A DNA stretch of 64,000 nucleotides from Lingula anatina (lineage: Eukaryota; Animalia; Brachiopoda), in assembly GCA_051362555.1 (NCBI GenBank), contig CM120642.1:23808001-23872000 (forward strand). The letters run 5' to 3'. Below the pieces are notes generated by a model. The model was not told the DNA's origin. It ran no database searches and saw only the letters and a program-made list of their open reading frames with translations. Position 1 is the first letter of the stretch. Each line of letters starts with the position of its first letter. A program made the translations under genes and the position numbers. Shown here in pieces: positions 63,791-64,000 of the stretch.

Positions 63791-64000
63791 TTGATGAATA
63801 GAATAAGGCATTTAATTGCTGTGACTTTTTACAATGAGATTTAAATAATAATAATAATAATGACTTATTGAGCATTAAAATGTGTACAGTTGCATTTTAC
63901 AAGCTCTTTAAACTAGTTTTACATAAATTGGCACATAAGCTTAAAGCAATAATAACTCTTCCTTTGAGATTCAAAATTCCGCAAGAAATACATTGTAAAC

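Overview
AT-rich, intron-containing animal genomic DNA. It is probably a protostome or lophotrochozoan, inferred only from the NR5A C-terminus [13 protein letters not shown]. The window holds two spliced nuclear-receptor genes in tandem on the + strand. The first is a divergent GCNF-type NR6A (coding exons 5290-9768; first exon uncertain). The second is an NR5A/FTZ-F1 with two alternative phase-compatible first coding exons (23096 and 42017), common exons 45613-56599 and a polyQ hinge. NR6A upstream of NR5A in the same orientation is the arrangement known from vertebrates (NR6A1-NR5A1), and the two genes share three intron positions. Between them is a candidate orphan membrane-protein gene on the minus strand, split by an ATGA overlap. 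The rest is a dense transposon landscape: two families of Harbinger-like hairpin MITEs (with nested insertions), long palindromes, TTAA-flanked Kolobok-like elements, a solo LTR, RTE and CR1-type LINE 3' ends, hAT-like and Academ-like transposase relics, and microsatellites. CpG is visibly retained up to about 23.5 kb and depleted across the NR5A gene body. All calls were made by eye; no database search was run.
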